A stretch of 64,000 nt of DNA, from assembly GCA_030446805.1 (NCBI GenBank), contig JAUJMO010000001.1, positions 365,385-429,384 of the forward strand, in the 5' to 3' direction. The DNA is from Caulobacteraceae bacterium (GTDB taxonomy: Bacteria > Pseudomonadota > Alphaproteobacteria > Caulobacterales > Caulobacteraceae). A program made the translations under genes and the position numbers. The notes beneath the pieces are model-generated. The model saw only the letters and a program-made list of their open reading frames with translations. It searched no databases and had not been told where the DNA came from. This document shows, piece after piece, positions 47,703 to 57,084 of the stretch. The number at the start of each line of letters is the position of its first letter. The first letter of the stretch is position 1.

Positions 47703-47706
47703 GCCG

Positions 47707-48270
47707 GTGCTCCGTCCCGTTCTCGGCCTGTGCGCCATCCTGCTGCTCGCGGCCTGCGCCCGCGAGGTCGTCACCGAGCCGGCCGTGGCCGAAGCCCCGG
47801 GAAGCGCGCCGCCGGTGACGCAAACTGTGGCCGCCGTTCCGCTGCCGGCGAATGCGCCCCGGGTTACGCCCGGTCCCACGGAGCCGCTGTCCATCGTCAC
47901 CGCAAGAGGGCCGGTCGATTTCAAGGTGGAATTGGCCGACGAGGAGCCTGAACGCAGCCAGGGGCTGATGTGGCGCGGCTCCATGCCCGCCGATCGGGGC
48001 ATGATCTTCGACTACGGCCAGAGTCTGGAGTTGAGCCCCCAGTCGGGGCGCGGCTTCTGGATGCGCAACACCTACCTCCCGCTGGACATCATCTTCATAG
48101 GCCCGGACGGCCGCATCCAGTCCATCGCGCGCAATGCGACGCCCTTGTCCGAAGCCATGATCTTCGCCGGCGCCGGCCCGGTGCGCGCCATTCTGGAGAT
48201 CAACGGCGGGCTCTCCGAGCGGCTGGGCATCCTTCCCGGAGACCGGGTGCGACACCGCATCTTCCCCTAG
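47707..48270 (+). CDS. DUF192 domain-containing protein (exported)
   Basis: It has a signal/lipobox-like N-terminus (LLLAAC) and DUF192 motifs (RGLMWR....GMIF......FWMRNT..PLDIIF). GTG start. Confidence 0.75.
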   Translation: MLRPVLGLCAILLLAACAREVVTEPAVAEAPGSAPPVTQTVAAVPLPANAPRVTPGPTEPLSIVTARGPVDFKVELADEEPERSQGLMWRGSMPADRGMIFDYGQSLELSPQSGRGFWMRNTYLPLDIIFIGPDGRIQSIARNATPLSEAMIFAGAGPVRAILEINGGLSERLGILPGDRVRHRIFP

Positions 48271-48301
48271 GCCTCACCGCGTGGCATGAGCCGCCCGACC
48301 T

Positions 48302-48378
<77 letters not shown>

Positions 48379-48387
48379 TTGCTTAGG

Positions 48388-48409
48388 CCCGGAAACTCAT
48401 CCGGGTTTT
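48388..48409 (+). terminator. Rho-independent terminator after tRNA-Pro(TGG)
   Basis: CCCGGA-aactca-TCCGGG followed by TTTT. Confidence 0.7.
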
Positions 48410-48713
48410 GCAGGTCGCGTTTTTGCTTGAGCTTGGAGGCGCGAGGCGGCCGATGGGGGTCGCCTGCCGTCGCTACTTTCATTGTTGGTCGCCTGGCGCT
48501 GGACCATCCTGAACCGCTGCGCCTTCCACCGCCTTGGGCCACGTCCGCTTGCTGATCACCGGCCGGTCGCGAACTGCTCATCGGCTTCGTGCTCCAGGCG
48601 GCCTGCGCTAGCTACAGGGCGGACTTGAACCGAAACGCTTTCTGCCCGCTATGGGCGGGAGGAGCTCGGCCCGAGTCCCGCCGCTTGACACCTCTCACCC
48701 ATAGGGCCCGCAC

Positions 48714-49019
48714 ATGCTCGCTCGCATCTATCAGCCTTCCAAGACCACCATGCAGTCGGGCCAGCAGAAGGCCAAGGAGTGGCTGCTGGAGTTCGAGCCG
48801 GCCTCGGCGCGTCTGCCGGACCGGCTGATGGGCTGGTGGTCCAGCGACGACACCCAGAGCCAGGTGGTGCTGCACTTCGAGACCCAGGAACAGGCGGTGG
48901 ACTACGCCCAGCGCCACGGGATCCCGTTCCAGCTGTTCGCCCCCAAGGCGCGCCGGCGAATCATCAAGGCCTATGCCGACAACTTCGCCTTTGGCCGCAA
49001 GGAGCCCTGGACGCACTGA
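48714..49019 (+). CDS. ETC complex I subunit conserved region protein (NDUFS4-like)
   Basis: 101 aa. The sequence ARIYQPSKTTMQSG...WLLEFEP......D.LMGW.SS.D...QV.L.F.T.E.A..YA...GI is typical of the bacterial NDUFS4/ETC_C1 family. Confidence 0.8.
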   Translation: MLARIYQPSKTTMQSGQQKAKEWLLEFEPASARLPDRLMGWWSSDDTQSQVVLHFETQEQAVDYAQRHGIPFQLFAPKARRRIIKAYADNFAFGRKEPWTH

Positions 49020-49029
49020 GTCGCCCTCC

Positions 49030-49106
49030 GGCCCCGTAGCTCAACTGGATAGAGCACCCGCCTTCTAAGCGGGTGGTTGGAGGTTCGAGCCCTCCCGGGG
49101 TCGCCA
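49030..49106 (+). tRNA. tRNA-Arg (anticodon TCT)
   Basis: Hand-folded: acceptor GGCCCCG/CGGGGTC, D-arm GCTCAACTGGATAGAGC, anticodon loop CTTCTAA, T-arm GGAGG-TTCGAGC-CCTCC, and an encoded CCA. Confidence 0.92.
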
Positions 49107-49174
49107 TCTTTCGCGCCACGCATTGCGGCCCGCGGGCTTGACGGGAGGAGGGCGGGCGGGCTGATACGCGGGCG

Positions 49175-50320
49175 ATGAGCCTTGCGCCCGACTCTCCCGC
49201 GGACCGTCGTTCTCCCTTGCGCCGAGCGGTCCCGCTGGCCGCGGTGCTGTTGGCCGTGGCGGTTGCGGGGTGCGGCGACGATCCCGCGCCGGCGACGGCG
49301 ACCCCGCAGCAGCCGGCGGCGCAGCAACAGCCCCGCACGTCTCAAGGGGCGGTCCGTGAAAGCGCCACGCTTCGCGCGGTGAGGAGCCGCGGTCGGCTGA
49401 ACTGCGGCGTGAACCACAGCCTGCCCGGCTTCGCCTATCCGGACAACCGCGGGGTCTGGCGCGGGTTCGAGGTGGACTATTGCCGCGCGATCGCCGCGGC
49501 GGTTCTGGGCGACCGCGAGGCGGTTCAGTTCGTGCCGGTGTCGCCGACCGAGCGCTTCCCGGCGCTGCAGGCAGGCGAGGTCGACGTCCTGATCCGCAAC
49601 ACCAGCCACACCTTCAGCCGCGACGCTGACCTGGGCTTCGACTTCGCCGCCATCTACTATTTCGACGGCCAAGGCTTCATGGTTCCGCGCTCGCTCAATC
49701 TGCGGAGCGCGGCCGAGCTGGCCGGGGCTCGGATCTGCGTCATCACCGGGTCCACGACGGAGCTGAACGTGGCCGATTTCTTCCGCTCGCGGGGGCTGGC
49801 CTATGAACCGGTCGTGGTGGACCGGGTGGAGCAGGCGCGGGCGAGCTATGCGCGGCAGGCCTGCGACGCCATCACCGACGACATCTCCGGCCTCGCCTCC
49901 ACCCGCTCGGTGCTCGACAATCCCCAAGCGCACGTGCTGCTGCCGGACGTGATCAGCAAGGAACCCATGGCTTCGGTCGTCCGGCAGGGCGATGACGCCT
50001 GGGAGGACATCGTCCGGTGGACCTTCTACGCCATGGTGCTGGGCGAAGAACTGGGCGCGACGTCGGACAATGTGGAACAGCTCAGGGGGTCCAGCAGGGA
50101 CCCGGAGCTGCGGCGCCTGCTGGGCGCGGACGGCCAGTACGGACGCATGCTGGGTCTTTCCGATGATTGGGCTTTTCAGGTGCTTCGCCAGGTCGGCAAC
50201 TACGGCGAGGTGTTCGAAACCAACCTCGGCGCCCGTTCGCCGCTGAGGCTTCAGCGCGGGCTGAACGCACTGTGGAGAGCTGAACAGCCCGGCCTCCTTT
50301 ACGCTCCTCCCATCAGGTGA
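49175..50320 (+). CDS. aapJ: General L-amino acid ABC transporter substrate-binding protein (AapJ-like)
   Basis: It has a signal peptide and shows long collinear similarity to rhizobial AapJ as I recall it (GVW.GF.VD.C.A.AAAV.GD..., SKEP....VR.GD..W.DIVRW..YA, NYGEVFE.N.G). Confidence 0.8.
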   Translation: MSLAPDSPADRRSPLRRAVPLAAVLLAVAVAGCGDDPAPATATPQQPAAQQQPRTSQGAVRESATLRAVRSRGRLNCGVNHSLPGFAYPDNRGVWRGFEVDYCRAIAAAVLGDREAVQFVPVSPTERFPALQAGEVDVLIRNTSHTFSRDADLGFDFAAIYYFDGQGFMVPRSLNLRSAAELAGARICVITGSTTELNVADFFRSRGLAYEPVVVDRVEQARASYARQACDAITDDISGLASTRSVLDNPQAHVLLPDVISKEPMASVVRQGDDAWEDIVRWTFYAMVLGEELGATSDNVEQLRGSSRDPELRRLLGADGQYGRMLGLSDDWAFQVLRQVGNYGEVFETNLGARSPLRLQRGLNALWRAEQPGLLYAPPIR

Positions 50321-50324
50321 CCCC

Positions 50325-51689
50325 ATGACCGCCGTGGCCGACATTCCCCCCGAGGGCCGAGCGGCCGTACGACGCAAGCTGCCGCTGCACGTGCTGATGC
50401 TGGGCGGCTTCGTGCTGGGCCTGGCTGCGGGCCTGCTGGTCTATGCCGCGCCCGGCGAACCGGCCTGGGTGGACTGGGTGACCACCTATGTGACCGGACC
50501 CATCGGCCAGATCTTCCTGCGACTGCTGTTCATGTTGGTGCTGCCGCTGCTGTTTGCGGCCCTGGCCACCGGCGTGGCTGAGATGGGCGACGTGGCGGCC
50601 CTGGGGCGGACGGGATGGCGGACTCTGGCCTTCACCCTGGTGGTTTCGGCGGTCGCGGTCGTGATCGGCCTGGTGTTCGTGAACGTCTTCCAGCCAGGCG
50701 CCGGCGTGGACCCGATCACCCGGGACGCGCTGCTGGCCGAGGGGCGGTCGGGTGCGGCGGGCATCGTCGAAAGCGCGCCGGAAAGCATCGGCGGGCCCGA
50801 GTTCTTTCTGGAGATGATCCCCCGCAACATCGTCCAGGCCGCGGCCGACAACCAGATCCTGGCGGTCATCGTGTTCGCGCTCTTCTTCGGCATCGGGCTG
50901 GTGATCGCCAAGGGGCCGGCCGTGGACCAGCTCAAGCAGACGCTGGACGGTCTGCTGCAGGTGGTGATGGCGCTCCTGGGGATAGTGATCCGCCTGGCCC
51001 CGATCGCGGTGGCGGCCTTGATGTTCAACCTGGCGGCGGTGTTCGGCTGGGACCTGTTGGAGAAGCTGGCCGCCTATGTCGCCGTGGCCCTGGGGGCCAT
51101 GGCGGTGCACATGTTCGTGGTCTACCCCCTGCTGGTGAAGTTCGTGGGCGGGATGTCGCCGATCGCTTTCTTCCGCGGCGTGCAGCCGGCGATCGTGGTG
51201 GCCTTTTCGACCGCATCCAGCAACGCCACCCTGCCCACCGCGCTGGAAGTGGCCGAAACCCGGCTGCACCTGCCGGGGCGCATCTCGCGGTTCGTGCTGA
51301 CGGTAGGAGCCACGGCCAACCAGAACGGCACGGCGCTGTTCGAGGGGGTGACGGTTCTGTTCCTGGCGCAGGTCTTCAACGTGGACCTCAGCCTGGGCCA
51401 GCAGCTCATGGTGATGCTGGTGTGCATCCTGGGCGGGATCGGGACGGCGGGGGTGCCCGCGGGCTCGCTGCCCGTGGTGGCGCTGATCCTGGGCATGGTG
51501 CGCGTGCCGCCGGAGGCCATCGCCCTCATCCTCGGCGTGGACCGGCTGCTCGACATGTGCCGCACCACGCTGAACGTCACGGGCGACCTGGTGGCCGCCA
51601 CCGTGGTCAGCCGGGGCGAGCCGCGGGACGCCGCCGCGCCCGCGCTTCCGTCGTCGATCGTCGACGGCGGGCACCGCTCCGTCGTTTAA
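50325..51689 (+). CDS. Dicarboxylate/amino acid:cation symporter (DAACS family)
   Basis: 454 aa, multi-TM. It carries the AFSTASSNATLP motif and a C-terminal DRLLDMCRTTLNVTGD. It starts 4 nt after aapJ and ends 6 nt before aapQ. Confidence 0.88.
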   Translation: MTAVADIPPEGRAAVRRKLPLHVLMLGGFVLGLAAGLLVYAAPGEPAWVDWVTTYVTGPIGQIFLRLLFMLVLPLLFAALATGVAEMGDVAALGRTGWRTLAFTLVVSAVAVVIGLVFVNVFQPGAGVDPITRDALLAEGRSGAAGIVESAPESIGGPEFFLEMIPRNIVQAAADNQILAVIVFALFFGIGLVIAKGPAVDQLKQTLDGLLQVVMALLGIVIRLAPIAVAALMFNLAAVFGWDLLEKLAAYVAVALGAMAVHMFVVYPLLVKFVGGMSPIAFFRGVQPAIVVAFSTASSNATLPTALEVAETRLHLPGRISRFVLTVGATANQNGTALFEGVTVLFLAQVFNVDLSLGQQLMVMLVCILGGIGTAGVPAGSLPVVALILGMVRVPPEAIALILGVDRLLDMCRTTLNVTGDLVAATVVSRGEPRDAAAPALPSSIVDGGHRSVV

Positions 51690-51695
51690 GCCCGC

Positions 51696-52673
51696 TTGGC
51701 CCCGAGCAGGGGAGGGCTGGTCCGCCGCCTGGGCGGCTGGCGCGCCATCGTCTGGCAGGCGGGCCTGCTGCTGGCCCTGGCCGTCCTGGCGCTCTGGCTG
51801 GCCGGCAATGCGCGGGCCAATCTCCAGGCTTTGGGCTCGCGCACGGGATTCGGCTTCCTGGGCGAGCCGGCAGGGTTCGACATCCCCCAGACCCTGGTCG
51901 CCTATTCGCCGCAGAGCACGCACGCGCGCGTCTTTCTCGTGGGAGCGCTGAACACCCTGCTGGTGGCTGGACTGGGCGTCGTGTTCGCAACGGCGCTGGG
52001 CCTGCTGGCGGGCCTGCTGCGCTTGTCCCGAAACTTCCTCGGGCGCTCCCTGGCGACGGTCTATGTGGAGGCGGTCCGCAATACGCCGCTGCCCATCCAG
52101 CTCTTGATCTGGTTCAACCTGCTCCTGCTGGCGCCGCCGCCAGCCCGGGCGCTGCAGCTGCTGCCGGGCGTGCACCTGACCAATCGAGGCCTGTTCTTCC
52201 CTTGGGCGGGAACGGCGCCGCGTTTGGAGGGCTTCGGCTTTACGGGCGGCGCGGCCCTGTCCCCGGCCTTGACGGCGCTGCTGGCGGCGCTGGTGGTCTA
52301 TACCGGAGCCTTCATCGCCGAGGTGGTGCGCGGCGGAATCCAGGCGGTCTCGCCGGGGCAGAGCGAAGCGGCCCGGGCGCTCGGCCTCCGCGAGGCGGGG
52401 CGGCTGCGGTTGGTGGTGTTGCCGCAGGCGCTGCGCGTCATGATCCCGCCCCTGGCCAGCCAGTACCTGAACCTCACCAAGAACAGTTCGCTGGCCATAG
52501 TGGTGGGCTACCCGGACCTCGTCTCCGTGTTCGGGAACACCAGCCTGACGCGGACCGGTCAGGCCATAGAGAGCATCGCGCTGATCATGCTCTTCTACCT
52601 GGCGGTGAGCCTGCTGATCAGCCTGGCGCTGAACGGCTGGAACGCGCGCCTGGCGCGAGGTGACCGGCGGTGA
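51696..52673 (+). CDS. aapQ: Amino acid ABC transporter permease (AapQ-like)
   Basis: The permease has an EAA-loop region ([11 protein letters not shown]). TTG start. Confidence 0.8.
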   Translation: MAPSRGGLVRRLGGWRAIVWQAGLLLALAVLALWLAGNARANLQALGSRTGFGFLGEPAGFDIPQTLVAYSPQSTHARVFLVGALNTLLVAGLGVVFATALGLLAGLLRLSRNFLGRSLATVYVEAVRNTPLPIQLLIWFNLLLLAPPPARALQLLPGVHLTNRGLFFPWAGTAPRLEGFGFTGGAALSPALTALLAALVVYTGAFIAEVVRGGIQAVSPGQSEAARALGLREAGRLRLVVLPQALRVMIPPLASQYLNLTKNSSLAIVVGYPDLVSVFGNTSLTRTGQAIESIALIMLFYLAVSLLISLALNGWNARLARGDRR

Positions 52674-53752
52674 GCCCGCCAAGACCCGGCCTCGGGCGGC
52701 GGGTGGGCGCCACTCTGTTCGCGACGCCTTGGGACGCGGCGGTGACCCTGGCCGTCGGAGGGGTCCTGCTGTCGACCCTGCCGGGCCTGCTGCGTTGGGC
52801 CTTGATCGATGCGGTCTGGTTGGGTGAGACCAAGGCGGTCTGCCGCGAGGGTGGCGCCTGCTGGGCCTTTGTCACCGCGCGGTGGAGGCAGATGCTGGCG
52901 GGCTTCTACCCCGAGCAGGAGCTTTGGCGCGTCGGAGCGGCGGCGGCCCTGCTCGCGGCCGCGACCGCGCCCGTCGCCGCCGCTCGCCCGGGGCGCTGGC
53001 TGTGGCTGACGCCCCTTGGCGTGGCGGGGGCTTTCGCCGTGCTGTCCGGGGCGGGGTTGAGCGGACTCCCGGACGTTGCGCCCGAGTCCTGGGGCGGCTT
53101 CTTCCTGAACGTCCTGGTCGGCGCCTCGGCCATTCTGCTGGCCCTCCCCTTCGGGATCCTGCTGGCCCTGGGACGAGGCTCGCGGCTGCCCGTCGTCAAG
53201 AGCCTGTGCGTGAGCTTCATCGAGCTGGTGCGCAGCGTTCCCCTGATCACCCTGCTTTTCATGGCGAGCTATGTGCTCCCGCTTCTCGTCCCGGCCGGGA
53301 CCGAGCTGGACCGGCTCACCCGGGCGCTGGTGATCGTGACCCTGTTCTCGGCCGCCTATATGGCCGAGGCGGTGCGGGGCGGACTGCAGGCGGTGGGCGG
53401 CGGCCAGAGGGAAGCGGCGCGCGCCCTGGGGCTCGGGTCCGTGCGGACGGTGGCGCTGGTGGTGCTGCCCCAGGCGCTGCGGGTGTCCATCCCGGCGCTC
53501 GTGAACACCTTCATCGGCGTGTTCAAGGACACCACCCTGCTCTACGTGATCGGGCTCTTCGACGTGATGTGGATCGCGCGCGCGGCCTTGTCCGACTTCG
53601 CCTGGCAGGGTCGCGAGCTGGAGGCCTACGCCTTTGTGGGTCTGGTCTTCTTCGCGGCCTGTTTCGCGCTCAGCCGCTGGAGCGCCGCCCTGGAGCGACG
53701 GCTCGACGCCGGGCCTCTCGGTCTGACCGTCGTCGTCAAGGAGCCCGCATGA
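52670..53752 (+). CDS. aapM: Amino acid ABC transporter permease (AapM-like)
   Basis: The permease has [11 protein letters not shown]. The GTG start overlaps the aapQ stop. Confidence 0.8.
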   Translation: MSPPRPGLGRRVGATLFATPWDAAVTLAVGGVLLSTLPGLLRWALIDAVWLGETKAVCREGGACWAFVTARWRQMLAGFYPEQELWRVGAAAALLAAATAPVAAARPGRWLWLTPLGVAGAFAVLSGAGLSGLPDVAPESWGGFFLNVLVGASAILLALPFGILLALGRGSRLPVVKSLCVSFIELVRSVPLITLLFMASYVLPLLVPAGTELDRLTRALVIVTLFSAAYMAEAVRGGLQAVGGGQREAARALGLGSVRTVALVVLPQALRVSIPALVNTFIGVFKDTTLLYVIGLFDVMWIARAALSDFAWQGRELEAYAFVGLVFFAACFALSRWSAALERRLDAGPLGLTVVVKEPA

Positions 53753-54492
53753 GCGACACGCATCCCGCCGTGGCGGTTCGCGGCCTGCACAAGTGGTTCG
53801 GCCGGACGCACGTCCTGCGCGGCGTCGATCTGGAGGTGCGGTCGGGCGAGAAGGTCTGCGTGCTGGGGCCGTCAGGATCGGGCAAATCCACCTTGATCCG
53901 CTGCATCAACGGCCTGGAGCCCTCTGATGGTGGGCAGGTGGCTCTGGCCGGGGTGGACCTTTCAGGGCCCAGGAAACAGGCGGACACGGCGCGGCGCACC
54001 ACGGGCATGGTGTTCCAGAGCTTCAACCTGTTTCCGCACCTCACGGTGCTGGAGAACTGCACCCTGGCGCCCATCCACGTTCGCAAGCTGAAGAAGTCGG
54101 ACGCGGAGGCCCAGGCCATGGCGCTGCTCGAGCGCGTGCGTATCGCCGAACACGCGCGCAAGCGGCCCGCCCAGCTGTCCGGCGGTCAGCAGCAGCGGGC
54201 GGCCATCGCCCGAGCCCTGGCCATGCAGCCGCAGGTGATGCTCTTTGACGAGCCCACCAGCGCGCTCGATCCCGAGATGGTCGGCGAGGTGCTGGACGTC
54301 ATGCGCGGTCTGGCCCGGGACGGCATGACCATGATCGTGGTCACCCATGAGATGAGTTTTGCACGGCAAGCGGCTGATCGCGTGGTGTTCATGGACGAGG
54401 GTCTCATCGTGGAACAGGCCTCCCCGACAGAGTTCTTCGGCGCCCCGAGCCACGCGCGCACGCGCGCCTTTCTCAGCCGGATCCTCGCTTAG
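53749..54492 (+). CDS. aapP: Amino acid ABC transporter ATP-binding protein (AapP-like)
   Basis: ATG 53749 lies within ORF 52882..54492 (ATGA overlap). Motifs are Walker [10 protein letters not shown], signature LSGGQQQR and Walker [12 protein letters not shown]. Confidence 0.9.
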   Translation: MSDTHPAVAVRGLHKWFGRTHVLRGVDLEVRSGEKVCVLGPSGSGKSTLIRCINGLEPSDGGQVALAGVDLSGPRKQADTARRTTGMVFQSFNLFPHLTVLENCTLAPIHVRKLKKSDAEAQAMALLERVRIAEHARKRPAQLSGGQQQRAAIARALAMQPQVMLFDEPTSALDPEMVGEVLDVMRGLARDGMTMIVVTHEMSFARQAADRVVFMDEGLIVEQASPTEFFGAPSHARTRAFLSRILA

Positions 54493-54546
54493 CCTTCAGC
54501 AGGTAGAGACCGGCCGATTTTCCCCCGCCCGTCCGGGGTCTGAAGC

Positions 54547-55383
54547 TCAGAAACCGGTGACGACCGGCGCCTCCAGGCGGGTGCCCCATTCGGCCCAGGA
54601 GCCGTCGTAGAGCGCCGCTTCATGGCCCAGACGCGCCATCGCCAGCACGAGGCTAGCGGCGGTCACGCCCGAGCCGCAGGTGGCCACCGTGGGCCGCTGC
54701 AAATCCACGCCGGCGTCGTCGAACACGCGCCGGAGCTCGTCGGCGGGCAGGCCCAGCCCGTCGGGCGTCATCACCGATGCATAGGGAATGTTGGCGGCTC
54801 CCGGCATGTGACCCCCGCGCAGGCCGGGGCGAGGCTCGGGCGCTTCGCCCCGGAACCGCGCCCGCGGTCGGGCGTCCACGACTTGGGTGGTGTCCAGGCC
54901 GGCGCGCAACTCCTCGAAGGTCGCCACGAGCTCGGGCCGCAGGCGCGCCTCGAATCGCGCGGGAGCGGGTGAGGGCGCGCCCGACTGGAGCGGCCGGCCC
55001 TCCATCCGCCAGCGGGGCAGGCCGCCGTCCAAGACGTGCACGGCTTCGTGCCCCATCGCCCGGAAACTCCACCAGGCGCGTGGAGCGGAGAACATCCCAT
55101 GGCTGTCATAGGCGACCACCACGCTGTCGTTGTTGATGCCCAGCCAACCCACCATGGCGGCGAAGGCTTCCGGGGAGGGCAGGGTATGAGGCAGGTGCGT
55201 TTTGTCGGACTCGTCGATATCAAAGAACACGGCGTCGGGGATGTGCGCGGCCTCGAACTCCGCGCGGGGATCGCGCTCGCTGGGCGGCACGAACCACGAT
55301 GCGTCCACGATGCGCAACTCCGGCCTCCCCAGTCGCGTGGCCAGCCAGGCGGTCGAAACCAGCGGGTCGATGTGCGAGGTCAT
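54547..55383 (-). CDS. sseA: 3-mercaptopyruvate sulfurtransferase (tandem rhodanese)
   Basis: ATG 55383 lies within ORF 54547..56232. It has two rhodanese domains and the active-site loop CGSGVTA. Confidence 0.88.
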   Translation of the reverse strand: MTSHIDPLVSTAWLATRLGRPELRIVDASWFVPPSERDPRAEFEAAHIPDAVFFDIDESDKTHLPHTLPSPEAFAAMVGWLGINNDSVVVAYDSHGMFSAPRAWWSFRAMGHEAVHVLDGGLPRWRMEGRPLQSGAPSPAPARFEARLRPELVATFEELRAGLDTTQVVDARPRARFRGEAPEPRPGLRGGHMPGAANIPYASVMTPDGLGLPADELRRVFDDAGVDLQRPTVATCGSGVTAASLVLAMARLGHEAALYDGSWAEWGTRLEAPVVTGF

Positions 55384-55434
55384 GCTTGCGGTTAAATCAC
55401 CTGCAGGCGCGAGAACAAGGGGCGGGGGCGCGAA

Positions 55435-56979
55435 GTGCCGGGTGTTCTGAGACTGGTGCTGGGAGACCAGCTGAGCGACAGCCTGTCGGCGCTGAGCGAC
55501 CTGAATCCGGCCGTGGACGTCGTGCTCATGGCCGAGGTCCTGGCCGAGGCCACCTACGTCAAGCACCACAAACAGAAGCTGGCCCTGATCTTCGCGGGAA
55601 TGCGCAACTTCGCCCAACGCCTCACGGCCCGGGGTGTGGTGGTGCGCTACGTCCCCATAGACGACGCGGACAACACCCACGGCATCGACACCGAGGTCCT
55701 TCGAGCGCTGGCCGCTCAGCCCTTCTCCGAGCTCGTGATCACCGAATGCGGCGAGTGGCGGCTGCAGGCGCGGCTGGAGTCCTTGCGATCCCGGGCCGAT
55801 GTTCGCGTCGATATGCGCGAGGACGACCGCTTCGTCTGCTCGCGATCGGAATTCGAGGCCTGGGCGCGAGGCAGGCCCGACCTTGTCATGGAATTCTTCT
55901 ACCGCGAGATGCGCACCAGGACGGGCCTCCTCATGGAGGGGTCCAGCCCGGCGGGCGGGCGTTGGAACTTCGACGCGGACAATCGCAAGCGGATGCCCCA
56001 CGGCCTGCACCCGCCGCGCCGCCAGCGCGTGGCGCCGAACCCGATCGCCCGAGCCGCCATCGCCGACGTCGCCCGGCTGTTCCCCGACAATTTCGGCGAG
56101 CTGGACGAATTCGGCTTCCCGACCACCACGGAGGAGGCCCACGCCGTCCTGGACCACTTCGTTTCCGACGTGCTTGACACCTTCGGCGACTATCAGGACG
56201 CAATGGGCGCCGAGCAGCCCTTCCTGTGGCACGGGTTGATCTCCAGCGCGCTGAACATGGGCCTGCTGCTGCCCTTGGAGGTTTGCCGGCGCATCGCCGG
56301 AGAATACGAGGCGGGCCGGGCGCCGCTCAACGCCTGCGAGGGATTCATCCGTCAGATCCTGGGCTGGCGGGAGTTCGTTCGCGGCGTCTATTGGCTGAAG
56401 ATGCCGGAATACGGGCTGCGCAACGCGCTAGGAGCCGACCGCCACCTTCCCTGGTTCTACTGGTCCGGCGAGAGCCAAAGCGCCTGCATCAATGACGTGG
56501 TGGCGACCGTGCGGCGTCACGCCTACGCGCATCATATCCAGCGGCTCATGGTGACCGGCCAGTTCGCCATGCTGCTGGGCGTGCACCCGGACCAGGTCGA
56601 CGAATGGTACATGGTGGTCTTCGCAGACGCCTATGAGTGGGTCGAGATGCCGAACACGCGCGGCATGGCCACCTATGCCGACGGCGGCATCATGGGCACC
56701 AAACCCTATGCGGGTTCCGGCGCTTACATCAACAAGATGAGCGACTACTGCGGGCGCTGCCGCTACGACGTGCGTCAGCGAACCGGGCCGGACGCCTGTC
56801 CCTTCAACGTGCTCTACTGGGACTTCTTCATGCGCCACGAGGCCCGGCTGCGGGACAATCACCGGGTGGGCTACGCCTACCAGACGCTGGCGCGCTGGCC
56901 TGAGGCGCACAGGCGGGAGATCCAGGACGAGGCCGAGCGGCGACGGGCGGAGTACGGGGCGACGCCGGTCGAAGGCTAA
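55435..56979 (+). CDS. Cryptochrome/photolyase family protein of the FeS-BCP / (6-4) photolyase type (PhrB/CryB-like)
   Basis: 514 aa, a COG3046-type 'photolyase-related' protein. Four Cys are arranged as in the [4Fe-4S] site: ...SACIND... and CGRC-x12-C (CGRCRYDVRQRTGPDAC). GTG start. Confidence 0.85.
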   Translation: MPGVLRLVLGDQLSDSLSALSDLNPAVDVVLMAEVLAEATYVKHHKQKLALIFAGMRNFAQRLTARGVVVRYVPIDDADNTHGIDTEVLRALAAQPFSELVITECGEWRLQARLESLRSRADVRVDMREDDRFVCSRSEFEAWARGRPDLVMEFFYREMRTRTGLLMEGSSPAGGRWNFDADNRKRMPHGLHPPRRQRVAPNPIARAAIADVARLFPDNFGELDEFGFPTTTEEAHAVLDHFVSDVLDTFGDYQDAMGAEQPFLWHGLISSALNMGLLLPLEVCRRIAGEYEAGRAPLNACEGFIRQILGWREFVRGVYWLKMPEYGLRNALGADRHLPWFYWSGESQSACINDVVATVRRHAYAHHIQRLMVTGQFAMLLGVHPDQVDEWYMVVFADAYEWVEMPNTRGMATYADGGIMGTKPYAGSGAYINKMSDYCGRCRYDVRQRTGPDACPFNVLYWDFFMRHEARLRDNHRVGYAYQTLARWPEAHRREIQDEAERRRAEYGATPVEG

Positions 56980-57084
56980 GCCGTTCGACCGGCGCCGGGT
57001 CTTGGACCGGAGAGGCCGGAGCTGGGGCCGGGCCTCACGCCGCCGTCTCCGGCCGCCACCGGAGCGACCCGCTAGAGAGCGGTG

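Noticed and set aside
50313-52682. 789-aa minus-strand ORF, and the 682-aa plus-strand alternate-frame ORF 50615..52663
   Set aside because: Both overlap the DAACS symporter and aapQ genes, whose frames carry clear transporter motifs. The alternates are Arg/Gly/Pro-rich artefacts.
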